DNA of 64,000 bases from a virus, in IMG/VR virus record IMGVR_UViG_3300044617_000796, positions 1 to 64,000 of that record. One strand, written 5' to 3'. Positions 51,410-59,719 of the stretch are shown here, one piece after another (positions within the stretch are counted from its first letter, which is position 1; each line of letters begins with the position of its first letter). The notes beneath the pieces are model-generated. The model saw only the letters and a program-made list of their open reading frames with translations. It had not been told where the DNA came from and did not search any database. A program made the position numbers and the translations under genes.

Positions 51410-52240
51410 ATGTCATCAAATAACAACCCCGAAAATAATCTGTCAGAAGAAGAAATTGAGTATGCAATCAAATCTTTGAAGGAATGGTTCAAGGAAAAAT
51501 GGGTTGATATTTCAAGACCAAAGCCTGGTGGTGGGTTTGAACCATGTGGTCGTGCAGATGCAGCATCTGGTAAATATCCAAAATGTGTACCCGCTTCAAG
51601 AGCAGCAAGAATGACACCAGAGCAAATTGCCTCGGCTGTCAGAAGAAAAAGAACCGCAGAGTCTACTCAGCAAAGACAAGATAAGAAGCCAATAAATGTT
51701 TCAACAGAAAAAGCTGAAACAAGAAACATTCCAACAGACCCAGCCTTATACGCTAGAGTTAAAGCAGCAGCTAAAGCTAAATTTGATGTTTACCCATCGG
51801 CATACGCAAACGCATGGCTTGTCCGTGAATATAAAAAAAGAGGCGGAGGCTATAGAACAGTAAGTAAAGGCTTTGATGTTTATAAAGTTGCAGAAGATCT
51901 AGCGGAAGAAGAGGCAGCTCTTGCTGATGCTCTTGTAACTATTGCCAGAAATTATGGAAAGTTTAACGAAGATGAAACTGGCATCTGGGCTGGCTATGAG
52001 AGCGCTGCAGAAAATGAAGTCAAAAATATTGGTGTTAAGTGCTCTAATTGTGTTCTTTACGAAGGCGATGGGGTTTGTGAAATTATTGCTCAAAAAGTTG
52101 AGGATGAGGGAATGTGTAGATTTGCCATCATTCCAGATGGCGTTGTTAAGCCAGAGGAAGAAGATGACGATATGGAAGATGAAATGGGTAAAAGTGTTGA
52201 ATCTAGCCTCGCTGATGAGGTTATAGAAAATTTACTATGA
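51410..52240 (+). CDS. Multi-module small-domain protein (DUF5872-like modules plus a HiPIP-like Cys module)
   Basis: 'LKEWFKEKWVDI..PCGR..YPKCVP', 'YPSAYANAWLV.EYKKRGGGY', 'CSNC..Y....C...V...GMC'. Confidence 0.65.
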   Translation: MSSNNNPENNLSEEEIEYAIKSLKEWFKEKWVDISRPKPGGGFEPCGRADAASGKYPKCVPASRAARMTPEQIASAVRRKRTAESTQQRQDKKPINVSTEKAETRNIPTDPALYARVKAAAKAKFDVYPSAYANAWLVREYKKRGGGYRTVSKGFDVYKVAEDLAEEEAALADALVTIARNYGKFNEDETGIWAGYESAAENEVKNIGVKCSNCVLYEGDGVCEIIAQKVEDEGMCRFAIIPDGVVKPEEEDDDMEDEMGKSVESSLADEVIENLL

Positions 52241-52277
52241 TATGCTATTAAGCATATCTTAAATACAAGGAGAATAT

Positions 52278-52661
52278 ATGAAAGACAATATGAAGAAAAT
52301 GGTCTCTGACCATACCGCAATGAAATCTTGGCATGAATCAGCAGCAAAGACTGCTGCTGAGCAGATGCAAGACCATGTTAAAGCTGCTGCATGGCACAGC
52401 TCGCAGGTTGATATTATCAAGGGAATGATTCAAGAAGTTCCTCTTGACCCAGAGAAAAAGAGCTCTAGTATCCCAGCCGCTGGCTCAGCATCCACCCCAA
52501 CTTCTGGTGCTGGAAAGACATCACCAACAAAGGAAGTTCCTCTTGACCCAAAAACTGTTAAGAAGGGCGATCTTGTAGAAATGCTTTCGCAACACGAAGA
52601 ACAGTTTGGGAAGTTTGACATGCCAGTAGAAGACATCGCAAGCTTCTTGCTCGCAGAGTAA
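52278..52661 (+). CDS. Hypothetical protein with duplicated 'EVPLDP'
   Basis: AAGGAG RBS. Confidence 0.7.
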   Translation: MKDNMKKMVSDHTAMKSWHESAAKTAAEQMQDHVKAAAWHSSQVDIIKGMIQEVPLDPEKKSSSIPAAGSASTPTSGAGKTSPTKEVPLDPKTVKKGDLVEMLSQHEEQFGKFDMPVEDIASFLLAE

Positions 52662-52670
52662 TGGCTAGAG

Positions 52671-52862
52671 TTGGAAACGATCACTGTTGCGCTAATTGCT
52701 GCTGTAGGAGGAATCCTGGCGGCTCTGGTGCAAAAGAGCAGAGTGGAAAACAAAAACGATCATGGTATAGTCGCTTCTTTACTTCAAGATCTTCATGAAG
52801 ATGTTGCCAAAGTAGAAGATAAACTAGACAATCACATTGATTGGCATTTAAAGAGAAAATAA
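52671..52862 (+). CDS. Small single-TM protein with coiled coil
   Basis: N-terminal TM helix, ends 'KLDNHIDWH'. Confidence 0.65.
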   Translation: METITVALIAAVGGILAALVQKSRVENKNDHGIVASLLQDLHEDVAKVEDKLDNHIDWHLKRK

Positions 52863-52866
52863 ATTT

Positions 52867-52929
52867 TAACGGGCGTTTCTTGACTGTAGTATTCCGAAAG
52901 GTTGCTGTAGGTACAGGGAGCGCCCGTTA
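52867..52929 (+). other. Long G.U-rich RNA hairpin (terminator, processing site or small RNA)
   Basis: TAACGGGCG/CGCCCGTTA outer stem, CC-GAAA-GG apex, followed by T-rich sequence. Confidence 0.65.
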
Positions 52930-53005
52930 TTTATTTTTATAAAAACTGCTTGATTTCCATTTTTATAAATGGTAAGATTTCATTCTTCAATAGAAAGGAT
53001 GCAAA

Positions 53006-53461
53006 ATGTCAGAAGAAATTGTCAACGAGGAAGAAACCAGCTTTACTAGTACAGCCGAGTTCTCTAGGGTATATGATCAATTGATTTCCAAGATTCCAGT
53101 AAATGACCACAGAGTAGCCTCATGTGTTATCTACGGTCACTACAGACAATGGAATGTACAAAAGACATGCAAGTATTACGGAATTTCCATTGAAGAATAT
53201 AATCATTATTCAGAAATATTTAACTTCAAACAAAGGATGGTAAAAGAAATGACTGGTAGAAAATCAAAGCAAGACAACATCGTTAATTTTTTAAAAGTAA
53301 ATGTTGGCAAAGTTGTTACCCCAGTACAAGTAGCTACTGACACACAAATTTCACTTCCAACATTTTACAATTTTTACAACGCAAATCGTTCTTACTTTAA
53401 GAAGGTAAAGCGTGGTCATTTTGAAATTGTAAATCCAGAAATGGAAAGAGCTAACGCTTAA
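53006..53461 (+). CDS. Putative HTH/winged-helix DNA-binding protein
   Basis: 'VTPVQVATDTQISLPTFYNF...FKKVKRGHF'. Confidence 0.55.
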   Translation: MSEEIVNEEETSFTSTAEFSRVYDQLISKIPVNDHRVASCVIYGHYRQWNVQKTCKYYGISIEEYNHYSEIFNFKQRMVKEMTGRKSKQDNIVNFLKVNVGKVVTPVQVATDTQISLPTFYNFYNANRSYFKKVKRGHFEIVNPEMERANA

Positions 53462-53470
53462 TCGGGATAT

Positions 53471-53695
53471 ATGAGCAACCAACAATGGTCATGGTTATTA
53501 GCATCAATGGGCATTGTTGGGATGTTCTTTATCGGTAAGAAAAAATGGGAAGCTTTTTTGTGGATGATCTGCGTAGAATGTTTTTGGACATACTACGCAG
53601 TAATCACAAAGCAATATGGTTTCATATTAGGATCATTTGCATACGGAATTGTTTATTTAAGAAACGCTTTTATATGGAGAAGAAATGACAGATAA
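53471..53695 (+). CDS. Small PnuC-like three-TM membrane protein
   Basis: Trp-rich helices 'WSWLL...GKKKWEAF...W..YA..TKQYGF'. Confidence 0.55.
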   Translation: MSNQQWSWLLASMGIVGMFFIGKKKWEAFLWMICVECFWTYYAVITKQYGFILGSFAYGIVYLRNAFIWRRNDR

Positions 53696-53939
53696 TTTTT
53701 ATGACCCAGAGAAAAACTACAACCCCTGGGCGGTTGAAAGAAGTTTTGAAGATTGGCTTCTTCTTGGAATAAACAACGGTTGGATTTCTAGACCAGTTTG
53801 TTCAACACATGATGGATTACCAAGCACTCGTGACGAAGATGTTGAGTGGGATGAGGGCGGAGACCCATGTGTTTATGCAGTACGCCTTTTTGCTGATGAG
53901 AGTGAAAAGAAAGCTGTGGAAGATAACTGTGGTATATAA
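53685..53939 (+). CDS. Hypothetical protein
   Basis: GGAG RBS; 'PVCSTHDGLP...GGDPC'. Confidence 0.65.
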   Translation: MTDNFYDPEKNYNPWAVERSFEDWLLLGINNGWISRPVCSTHDGLPSTRDEDVEWDEGGDPCVYAVRLFADESEKKAVEDNCGI

Positions 53940-53940
53940 A

Positions 53941-54432
53941 ATGGCAAGACAGCCAGCAAAGGTTGAAGAGATGGATGCTTGGGTTATCCGCTATGTAAAT
54001 AAACTTAAGAACATGATGGGTTTATCCAATTGGACAATTTTAATGCAAGCAAAGCCATCTAGTGCTGATGCTTTAGGAGAGACAGAGGTTATTCACGGTC
54101 AACACCTAGCAAAGATGTATCTACACAAAGACTTCAGAAAAGACTCCCCAGAAGATATTCGTGCAACAATTGTTCATGAGTTACTTCATTGCCACTTGGC
54201 TGTTCTTGAAGAGGCGGTGCATGAAGTTCTTAAGCCAGACTCGGATGATGCAAAAGCAAAAGCTGTGCACAAGATGGTTATCTCCCTTATTGAATATGAG
54301 AACGAAAGAATTATTGACAGTCTTGCAGAATCAATGGGTAAATGGATGCCTGTTCCTGATATGCCCAAGGCAAGGGAGAAAAAGAAAGCAGTAAAGAAAG
54401 TGGTGAAGAAACAGGTAAGAGGCAAAAAGTAA
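53941..54432 (+). CDS. HExxH metallopeptidase-like protein
   Basis: 'TIVHELLHCH'. Confidence 0.6.
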   Translation: MARQPAKVEEMDAWVIRYVNKLKNMMGLSNWTILMQAKPSSADALGETEVIHGQHLAKMYLHKDFRKDSPEDIRATIVHELLHCHLAVLEEAVHEVLKPDSDDAKAKAVHKMVISLIEYENERIIDSLAESMGKWMPVPDMPKAREKKKAVKKVVKKQVRGKK

Positions 54433-55031
54433 TGCAAATTCCAGACAATATGGTTAAGCATATTCAAAAAATATTTGATGGTGAATATGATGTCCCGTAT
54501 GAAAATCCAAATCCAGTAATTTTAGATATCGGTGGTAATGTTGGTGGTTTTTGTTTATGGGCTAATAAAAGATGGAAGAATTCAAAAATTTATTCATACG
54601 AACCAATTAAAAAAAATTTTGAGTATTTAAAAACAAATACAAAAGATCTTGAAAATATTATGGTTATGAATCTTGCAATAGGTTCAAAAACAGAACAAAG
54701 AAGAATGTATTATGGAGCTCACAATGTTGGTGAGTGCAGTTTTCAACATGGCGCTGAACAGATTGAAGAAGGCGAAGATGTTTCTGTTGTAGCAGCAAAC
54801 CTACTCCCAAAAGCAAACATTGTGAAAATTGATACCGAAGGTGCTGAGATTGAGATATTAGAAAATATGGTTATCAAACCAGATGTTTATTTGATTGAAT
54901 ACCACTCAGCATATAACAGAAGAAGAATTGATAATATATTACATGACTACACTTTGGTATCTGCAGATATTGCCCATCCAGATTACGGCATTGTAAAGTA
55001 TTTCTTATCAAGTAAAATAAAATATGAATAA
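54432..55031 (+). CDS. FkbM-family SAM methyltransferase
   Basis: 'ILDIGGNVG', 'YEP', 'KIDTEGAE..IL'. Confidence 0.88.
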   Translation: MQIPDNMVKHIQKIFDGEYDVPYENPNPVILDIGGNVGGFCLWANKRWKNSKIYSYEPIKKNFEYLKTNTKDLENIMVMNLAIGSKTEQRRMYYGAHNVGECSFQHGAEQIEEGEDVSVVAANLLPKANIVKIDTEGAEIEILENMVIKPDVYLIEYHSAYNRRRIDNILHDYTLVSADIAHPDYGIVKYFLSSKIKYE

Positions 55032-55032
55032 C

Positions 55033-55104
55033 GCCCCTTTAGCTCAGCGGTAGAGCACTTCACTTGTAATGAAGCGGTCCTCGGTTCAATTCCGAGAGGG
55101 GGCT
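55033..55104 (+). tRNA. tRNA-Thr (TGT)
   Basis: Cloverleaf: GCCCCTT/AGGGGGC acceptor, CTTCA-CTTGTAA-TGAAG anticodon arm, CTCGG-TTCAATT-CCGAG T arm; CCA not encoded. Confidence 0.93.
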
Positions 55105-55126
55105 CTGATATAAGGAGTAATATAAT

Positions 55127-55762
55127 ATGCCAGAACTAAATGCAAATATTCCACCAATTGAATGCTATGTGCGTGGTAACTTTTTACGCAATCAAGTTGA
55201 TAGCCATGATGTTAAATTTCCATGTGTAATTTTTGGAGTAGCATCAATACCAGATAGAGCGCCAGTGTTTCATTTCTTAATGGAAGATGGTGGTGTTTGG
55301 TGGAGAGCTCCAATAAATGCCTTTTGCTCATCCCTAGATAGCCCTGAAGTTGATCTACATGATTTGGTTATGTGGAACAGTTTTTCTTCCCACATCACAG
55401 TTACAACTTTTGAACACATGCGTGGTATGTCTATGACCTATCTTGACAGGCGTAAAAACAAAGTTGATGGCAAATACATGTTCACACTAGATTGGCACAC
55501 CCCCGATTCAAATATCGTAAACACTGGTTATTCAATTAACCCAGGTCAGCATAAGTGTGGTCATGTAATAAACAGAAAAGATGGCAACTTTGCTATTCAG
55601 CCAAATAACAGGGTTAGACTATGGGATCCTTCTTATACAACAAAGAAAGACGAAAGGTTGATTGAGAGATTGATCAATACAAAAGTCTGGGATGTGGAAG
55701 ATGGCGATAAATGGGTGACATCAGATGATGACCGATACGATTATGACATCATCTCTGAATAA
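55127..55762 (+). CDS. Conserved phage hypothetical protein
   Basis: AAGGAG RBS; 'LNANIP...YMFTLDW...HKCGH...GNFAIQPNNR'. Confidence 0.75.
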   Translation: MPELNANIPPIECYVRGNFLRNQVDSHDVKFPCVIFGVASIPDRAPVFHFLMEDGGVWWRAPINAFCSSLDSPEVDLHDLVMWNSFSSHITVTTFEHMRGMSMTYLDRRKNKVDGKYMFTLDWHTPDSNIVNTGYSINPGQHKCGHVINRKDGNFAIQPNNRVRLWDPSYTTKKDERLIERLINTKVWDVEDGDKWVTSDDDRYDYDIISE

Positions 55763-55865
55763 TTTTGAGGGGGTGAATAATGTCAAAACAAGATAAGATT
55801 ACACATGCAGTGTATTTCACACTTCACGCAATTACAATTGCTATACTGTTGATCAAGTAATACAA

Positions 55866-55941
55866 TGGCGAGTAGCTCAGTTGGCAGAGCAAGGGACTGT
55901 TAATCCCTGGGTCGTAGGTTCAAACCCTACCTCGCCAGCCA
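55866..55941 (+). tRNA. tRNA-Asn (GTT)
   Basis: TGGCGAG/CTCGCCA acceptor, AGGGA-CTGTTAA-TCCCT anticodon arm, GTAGG-TTCAAAC-CCTAC T arm, G discriminator, encoded CCA. Confidence 0.93.
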
Positions 55942-56498
55942 TGAACATTATAGATAATTTTATCCCAGAGATGGAGCAAAATGATTTTGAGCAATATGTT
56001 GCTACATCTCATTTTCCATACAGGCTGTACAATACCCACATTTATTCAGATTCAGAAAATATTGCCTACGAGCACGCCCCGATGCAGTTGTCTCATTTTC
56101 TTTATGAATCTGAATCCGACCAGGCATCCCCACACCTGCCAATCATTACAAAGTTTGTAAAGCAACTTGAGAAGAAATATGGGAAGATTAAATTATTGCG
56201 GGCTAAAGTTAATTTGACTTTCCCATATCCTCCGTATATGAGATATGAACATCAAACCCCCCATATTGACTTGCAATATGATGATGGCAGCCCAGTTGAT
56301 CATAAGGTGCTCCTTTACTACATCAACGACACAGATGGACCGACTTATTTTTTTAATGATAAAAAAGAAATGAGTGACACGGTTTATCCCAAAAAAGGTC
56401 GTGCTGTGATTTTTGATGGCAGCGAAATTCACGCTGCGTCTAATCCTGTTAAGAATCCATTCAGGTTTATACTTAATGTAGACTTCAAGGTTCTATAG
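55941..56498 (+). CDS. 2OG-Fe(II) oxygenase
   Basis: 'PHID...LYYINDTDGPT.FF...PKKGRAVIFDG..IHA...R..LN'. The true start is at 55941, because the ORF-track start lies inside the tRNA. Confidence 0.85.
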   Translation: MNIIDNFIPEMEQNDFEQYVATSHFPYRLYNTHIYSDSENIAYEHAPMQLSHFLYESESDQASPHLPIITKFVKQLEKKYGKIKLLRAKVNLTFPYPPYMRYEHQTPHIDLQYDDGSPVDHKVLLYYINDTDGPTYFFNDKKEMSDTVYPKKGRAVIFDGSEIHAASNPVKNPFRFILNVDFKVL

Positions 56499-56683
56499 TG
56501 GATAAAAACAAAATGCTTAAAATGGATAAAGAAACTTTTAACGAACTCAAGCAGCTGGAGGCGGAACGGGATAGATGGCGGGATATTGCCAACAACCTCC
56601 TCCAGGAATGGTGCGCCAACTATGGAATCAGTCGGGAACGAGCTATTGAGAAATACTTCCCCGAATTTAAGGAATTGGGATGA
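56498..56683 (+). CDS. Hypothetical protein
   Basis: Coupled to the upstream stop; 'ERDRWR.IA' motif. Confidence 0.5.
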   Translation: MDKNKMLKMDKETFNELKQLEAERDRWRDIANNLLQEWCANYGISRERAIEKYFPEFKELG

Positions 56684-56856
56684 TTTGGATTTGGTGGATG
56701 ACTCAGTTGACTTTCATATTCTTATCAGAGATGTTAATCCACATACTTACAGCAATTGTTCTAATTGAGGTGTATCGTAATCGGCGGCTTATCTTACAGT
56801 GGCGCAAAACGGATAAATACTAACTAAAGGATTGTTTACTTGTGGCTATTGCGAGT

Positions 56857-57102
56857 TTATAATTCTATAAAAATGCATTCACCAGGGCACTCTTCGGCGG
56901 CTTCAATAACATCTTCCAACCGATCATCGGGAAAAGATGCTAAACCAGCTGCGCCTTCGGGGTTTCCTCGGAGCTTGGAATAAACCTTCCCGCTCTCTTG
57001 GACATAGGCTAACCCATCCTCCAGCATGGTGAAAACATCGGGTGCTATCTCGGCGCACAGTCCATCTCCAGTACATAGGTCTTGGTCAATCCAAACTCTC
57101 AT
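56857..57102 (-). CDS. Ferredoxin (actinobacterial single-cluster type)
   Basis: 'MRVWIDQDLCTGDGLCAEIAPDVF...AAEECPGECI'. Confidence 0.9.
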   Translation of the reverse strand: MRVWIDQDLCTGDGLCAEIAPDVFTMLEDGLAYVQESGKVYSKLRGNPEGAAGLASFPDDRLEDVIEAAEECPGECIFIEL

Positions 57103-57500
57103 TTGCTCTTGCGCTTTGCAAGTAGGGCATCAAAGTCTTTCACCTTGGTCTCCCCCATGTATCCCCAAGCGTAGCCCTCGTCAATGAGCTGCTCGTTCAA
57201 GGACTTGGCTGCGCCATCAAGGTATACCCAACCTAAAATGCGCCCGTACTTTTCGGTGCTATCGGGAAGCTCTGTTTTTATAATAACTGTTTTGGCTGAA
57301 TCTATCGCACTCTTCACTTTATTTTTAACCTCAAGCCCCAGAGCCTTCTCTCGCAGGTCTTTGGTGCGTGACTCAGGGGTGTCTATTCCAGCCAGTCGGA
57401 CTCGTTGTGCGAAAGAGATATTAAAACCCAGATCAATGTCCACATCAATCGTGTCACCGTCTACTACCTTTGTTACTTTTTTGATATTATATTCGTACAT
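57099..57500 (-). CDS. Thermonuclease (SNase-like)
   Basis: 'VVDGDTID', 'VRLAGIDTPE', 'KYGRILG', 'LN..LI.EGYA'. Confidence 0.9.
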   Translation of the reverse strand: MYEYNIKKVTKVVDGDTIDVDIDLGFNISFAQRVRLAGIDTPESRTKDLREKALGLEVKNKVKSAIDSAKTVIIKTELPDSTEKYGRILGWVYLDGAAKSLNEQLIDEGYAWGYMGETKVKDFDALLAKRKSK

Positions 57501-57531
57501 TTATCAAGTATAGCAGGTATACTATAAGACT

Positions 57532-57705
57532 ATGGCTATCTATCATTACCGCTGCCACAACCAGCACACCTACGAAGAGTCTAGAAAGATGTCTGAAGAA
57601 CCTAGAGTAGTTACATGTCCTGAGTGCGACCTACCTCTGAAACAAATATTCTCCCCGCCAGGAATCAACTTCAAAGGTCATGGCTTCTACCGTAACTCTC
57701 GGTAA
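57532..57705 (+). CDS. FmdB-family zinc-ribbon protein (57 aa, absent from the ORF track)
   Basis: MAIYHYRCHNQHTYE...CPECDLPLKQIFSPPGINFKGHGFY. Confidence 0.8.
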   Translation: MAIYHYRCHNQHTYEESRKMSEEPRVVTCPECDLPLKQIFSPPGINFKGHGFYRNSR

Positions 57706-57759
57706 TACACCCAATCATTATTACTACCCCGCAAATTAGTATCTGTGTATACTGATAAA

Positions 57760-57825
57760 GGCAGCGAAAGCTAACCTTAGGACCGTTATAGGTGCAGATG
57801 CCTCTGGGCTCAACCCCCAGGGGCA
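57760..57825 (+). ncRNA. Candidate small structured RNA
   Basis: TATACT upstream; AGC-GAAA-GCT, ACCT..AGGT and ATGCCTCTGGG/CCCAGGGGCAT stems; no convincing ORF. Confidence 0.35.
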
Positions 57826-57974
57826 TGTGCATGTGTAGCGGTCTTTTTTATTCTCCCCCAAACTTTTATACTCCTATACCCGCCCTGAACCTTCCTATCC
57901 CAAATTTGAGTATACATTTTATGAATGTTACTTTTACTTTTAGACGCACTGGAAAATCCTGTGTTCACTAGGGT

Positions 57975-58026
57975 CAATCGCTGGAGTGCGATTCTGCTTA
58001 AGCAAAGAATTGTACACCAGCGATTG
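57975..58026 (+). repeat. Cassette hairpin H1
   Basis: CAATCGCTGG..ATTCT-GCttaaGC-aa-AGAAT..CCAGCGATTG. Confidence 0.85.
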
Positions 58027-58047
58027 GGAAAGCGGATACAAAGGAAA

Positions 58048-58079
58048 TTGAATACACATTTTCTCTCAAATGCTATTGT
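58048..58079 (+). promoter_or_regulatory. Cassette promoter P1 (box plus extended -10)
   Basis: TTGAATACACATTTT; TGcTATTGT starts 20 nt after the box start. Confidence 0.75.
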
Positions 58080-58120
58080 AATTTGTGTCAAGGCAATCCC
58101 GCCGAGACAGAGAGGACAGT

Positions 58121-58354
58121 ATGATTACTGAACACTGGACACGACAGAATGAGTTGCGTGAGCGTGAGCGCATGGCACTACGCTTGCTCAACCATATCCT
58201 GTCAATGACAATACCCGTTGAGGCTAATGACGATTGGTCTTGCGTCAAGTTCAACCTCAAATTAGAGGGCGGTTCCATTACCGTAATGACAGGCGCACAA
58301 TATCACCCGTCATGCAATATGTACGAGGTCATGGAATACGAGGTACAGCGATGA
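58121..58354 (+). CDS. Cassette 1 ORF a, hypothetical
   Basis: GAGGA RBS, ATG 58121. Confidence 0.7.
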   Translation: MITEHWTRQNELRERERMALRLLNHILSMTIPVEANDDWSCVKFNLKLEGGSITVMTGAQYHPSCNMYEVMEYEVQR

Positions 58355-58443
58355 AGTACCTACCACGCATTGGCTTCGGCATTGTGATTGGTTGCTTGGT
58401 TCTGATGATTGTTCAGACCATCGCCCACGCCTTTACAATGTGA
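58351..58443 (+). CDS. Cassette 1 ORF b, 30-aa single-TM peptide
   Basis: ATGA overlap; MKYLPRIGFGIVIGCLVLMIVQTIAHAFTM ends just before the terminator. Confidence 0.55.
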   Translation: MKYLPRIGFGIVIGCLVLMIVQTIAHAFTM

Positions 58444-58447
58444 GCCC

Positions 58448-58492
58448 GAACCCCGAATGCCTCCCCCCTGAGGCATTCGGGGTTCTTTTTTT
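58448..58492 (+). terminator. Intrinsic terminator T1
   Basis: GAACCCCGAATGCCTC/GAGGCATTCGGGGTTC plus T-run. Confidence 0.88.
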
Positions 58493-58564
58493 GTCCCTGC
58501 ACCCGCCCTATCGCATGTCTGTTCCAATGAACTTTAATACACTCACAACACACATGCGATCGGG

Positions 58565-58603
58565 TGGTGGGCAAGGGCGCTTCAGCATTGCAATTGCACA
58601 CCA
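58565..58603 (+). repeat. Cassette hairpin H2 (degenerate)
   Basis: TGGTG.GCAA..C-GCttcaGC-att-G..TTGC.CACCA. Confidence 0.7.
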
Positions 58604-58631
58604 ACTGTTGAGGATCAGAGCATGAACGAGA

Positions 58632-58663
58632 TTGAATACACATTTTTCCTCACATGGTATGTT
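58632..58663 (+). promoter_or_regulatory. Cassette promoter P2
   Basis: TTGAATACACATTTT...TGgTATGTT. Confidence 0.75.
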
Positions 58664-58708
58664 TATTGTTATCGGAACACACCTAACCCCGATGAAAGGA
58701 CAAAGACC

Positions 58709-59017
58709 ATGAGTGAAAGAATATGTTCATATCATAGTTGGAACTACTTGTATGAAGTGCACCCAAGCGGTAAGTACTTCATTGCATACCAGTTCAGTTA
58801 CGACAATAAAGAGAGACAAGTTATTGCCGTAGTTGACCGCTATGTAACAGATGACAAGTGGGCTGCTATGCGTTGGTGCAGGGCACAGTATGACCTTGAG
58901 GTTGAACCTTGGGACAGAAGTGCTGAAGCCAACGAGATTAGGGAGAGTGCAAGGGTTGCCTTGCATGAACTCCACGAGTTGGAGAAAGAACAGGACAGGT
59001 ATCGTATCTACGGGTGA
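58709..59017 (+). CDS. Cassette 2 ORF, hypothetical
   Basis: GAAAGGA RBS, ATG 58709. Confidence 0.7.
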   Translation: MSERICSYHSWNYLYEVHPSGKYFIAYQFSYDNKERQVIAVVDRYVTDDKWAAMRWCRAQYDLEVEPWDRSAEANEIRESARVALHELHELEKEQDRYRIYG

Positions 59018-59022
59018 TACCA

Positions 59023-59050
59023 TCTCCCCTCGCCTTTGGGCGGGGGGAGA
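59023..59050 (+). terminator. Terminator-like hairpin T2 (no U-tract)
   Basis: TCTCCCCTCGCC-tttg-GGCGGGGGGAGA. Confidence 0.65.
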
Positions 59051-59114
59051 ACCCCGACCTAATTGCGAACGATCATACATGTTTTTTAATACACATTCTC
59101 ACAAGAAAAAATCA

Positions 59115-59155
59115 TTGGTGTGCGGAGCTGCTTCAGCGAAAGATTTGTGCACCAA
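59115..59155 (+). repeat. Cassette hairpin H3
   Basis: TTGGTGTGCGGA.CT-GCttcaGC-gaa-AG.TTTGTGCACCAA (four G.T pairs). Confidence 0.85.
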
Positions 59156-59182
59156 CGAATAGGGCACATGCTCTCAACAGCG

Positions 59183-59214
59183 TTTAATACACATTTTTTA
59201 CAAGATGGTATGTT
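59183..59214 (+). promoter_or_regulatory. Cassette promoter P3
   Basis: TTTAATACACATTTT...TGgTATGTT. Confidence 0.75.
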
Positions 59215-59260
59215 TATTTATGTCAAGGACACTCCCTAACACCTTGACAGGGAGATAGCA

Positions 59261-59452
59261 ATGAAAAAGCGGACAGAAGTTAGTCCAAACCACCCAGTCG
59301 CAAGACTGACACTGGAACAACAATTCATGGTTGTTGCAGGCGCACTCAATCGTGCTACCCAGCAGGGCAACACGAAAGGCATTCAGGGCTTGGCAATGAT
59401 GCTCAAGGGTTACGAGGAAGCAATAGCCAAGAAGAACCAAGAAGCCAAGTAA
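59261..59452 (+). CDS. Cassette 3 ORF, small helical protein
   Basis: GGAGATAGCA-ATG. Confidence 0.72.
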   Translation: MKKRTEVSPNHPVARLTLEQQFMVVAGALNRATQQGNTKGIQGLAMMLKGYEEAIAKKNQEAK

Positions 59453-59469
59453 TACCCTAATCCCCCCAG

Positions 59470-59505
59470 TCCCCTCAAGCCGAAAGGCTTGGGGGGATTT
59501 TTTTT
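59470..59505 (+). terminator. Intrinsic terminator T3
   Basis: TCCCCTCAAGCC-gaaa-GGCTTGGGGGGA-T8. Confidence 0.9.
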
Positions 59506-59576
59506 GCCTAAACACCAGCGTTCTCACATGACCATACCCTTTATCTTTAATACACATTCTCATCACACAAGAACGG

Positions 59577-59615
59577 TGGTGTGCAAAGCTGCTTCAGCAA
59601 AAGATTTGTACGCCA
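59577..59615 (+). repeat. Cassette hairpin H4
   Basis: TGGTGTGCAAA.CT-GCttcaGC-aaa-AG.TTTGTACGCCA. Confidence 0.85.
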
Positions 59616-59643
59616 ACGAATGAGGTACACACTATCAACTCTC

Positions 59644-59675
59644 TTTAATACACATTTTCCATCAGATGGTATGGT
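59644..59675 (+). promoter_or_regulatory. Cassette promoter P4
   Basis: TTTAATACACATTTT...TGgTATGGT. Confidence 0.75.
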
Positions 59676-59719
59676 TATCTTGTTCCTAGCAATCCCGCTA
59701 GGACAGATTGGAGATAGCA

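Noticed and set aside
55881-55940. N-terminal extension of the oxygenase in the ORF track
   Set aside because: It lies inside tRNA-Asn.
57750-57775. Hammerhead ribozyme (CTGATAA...GAAA)
   Set aside because: The CUGANGA core is not matched and the required stems are missing.
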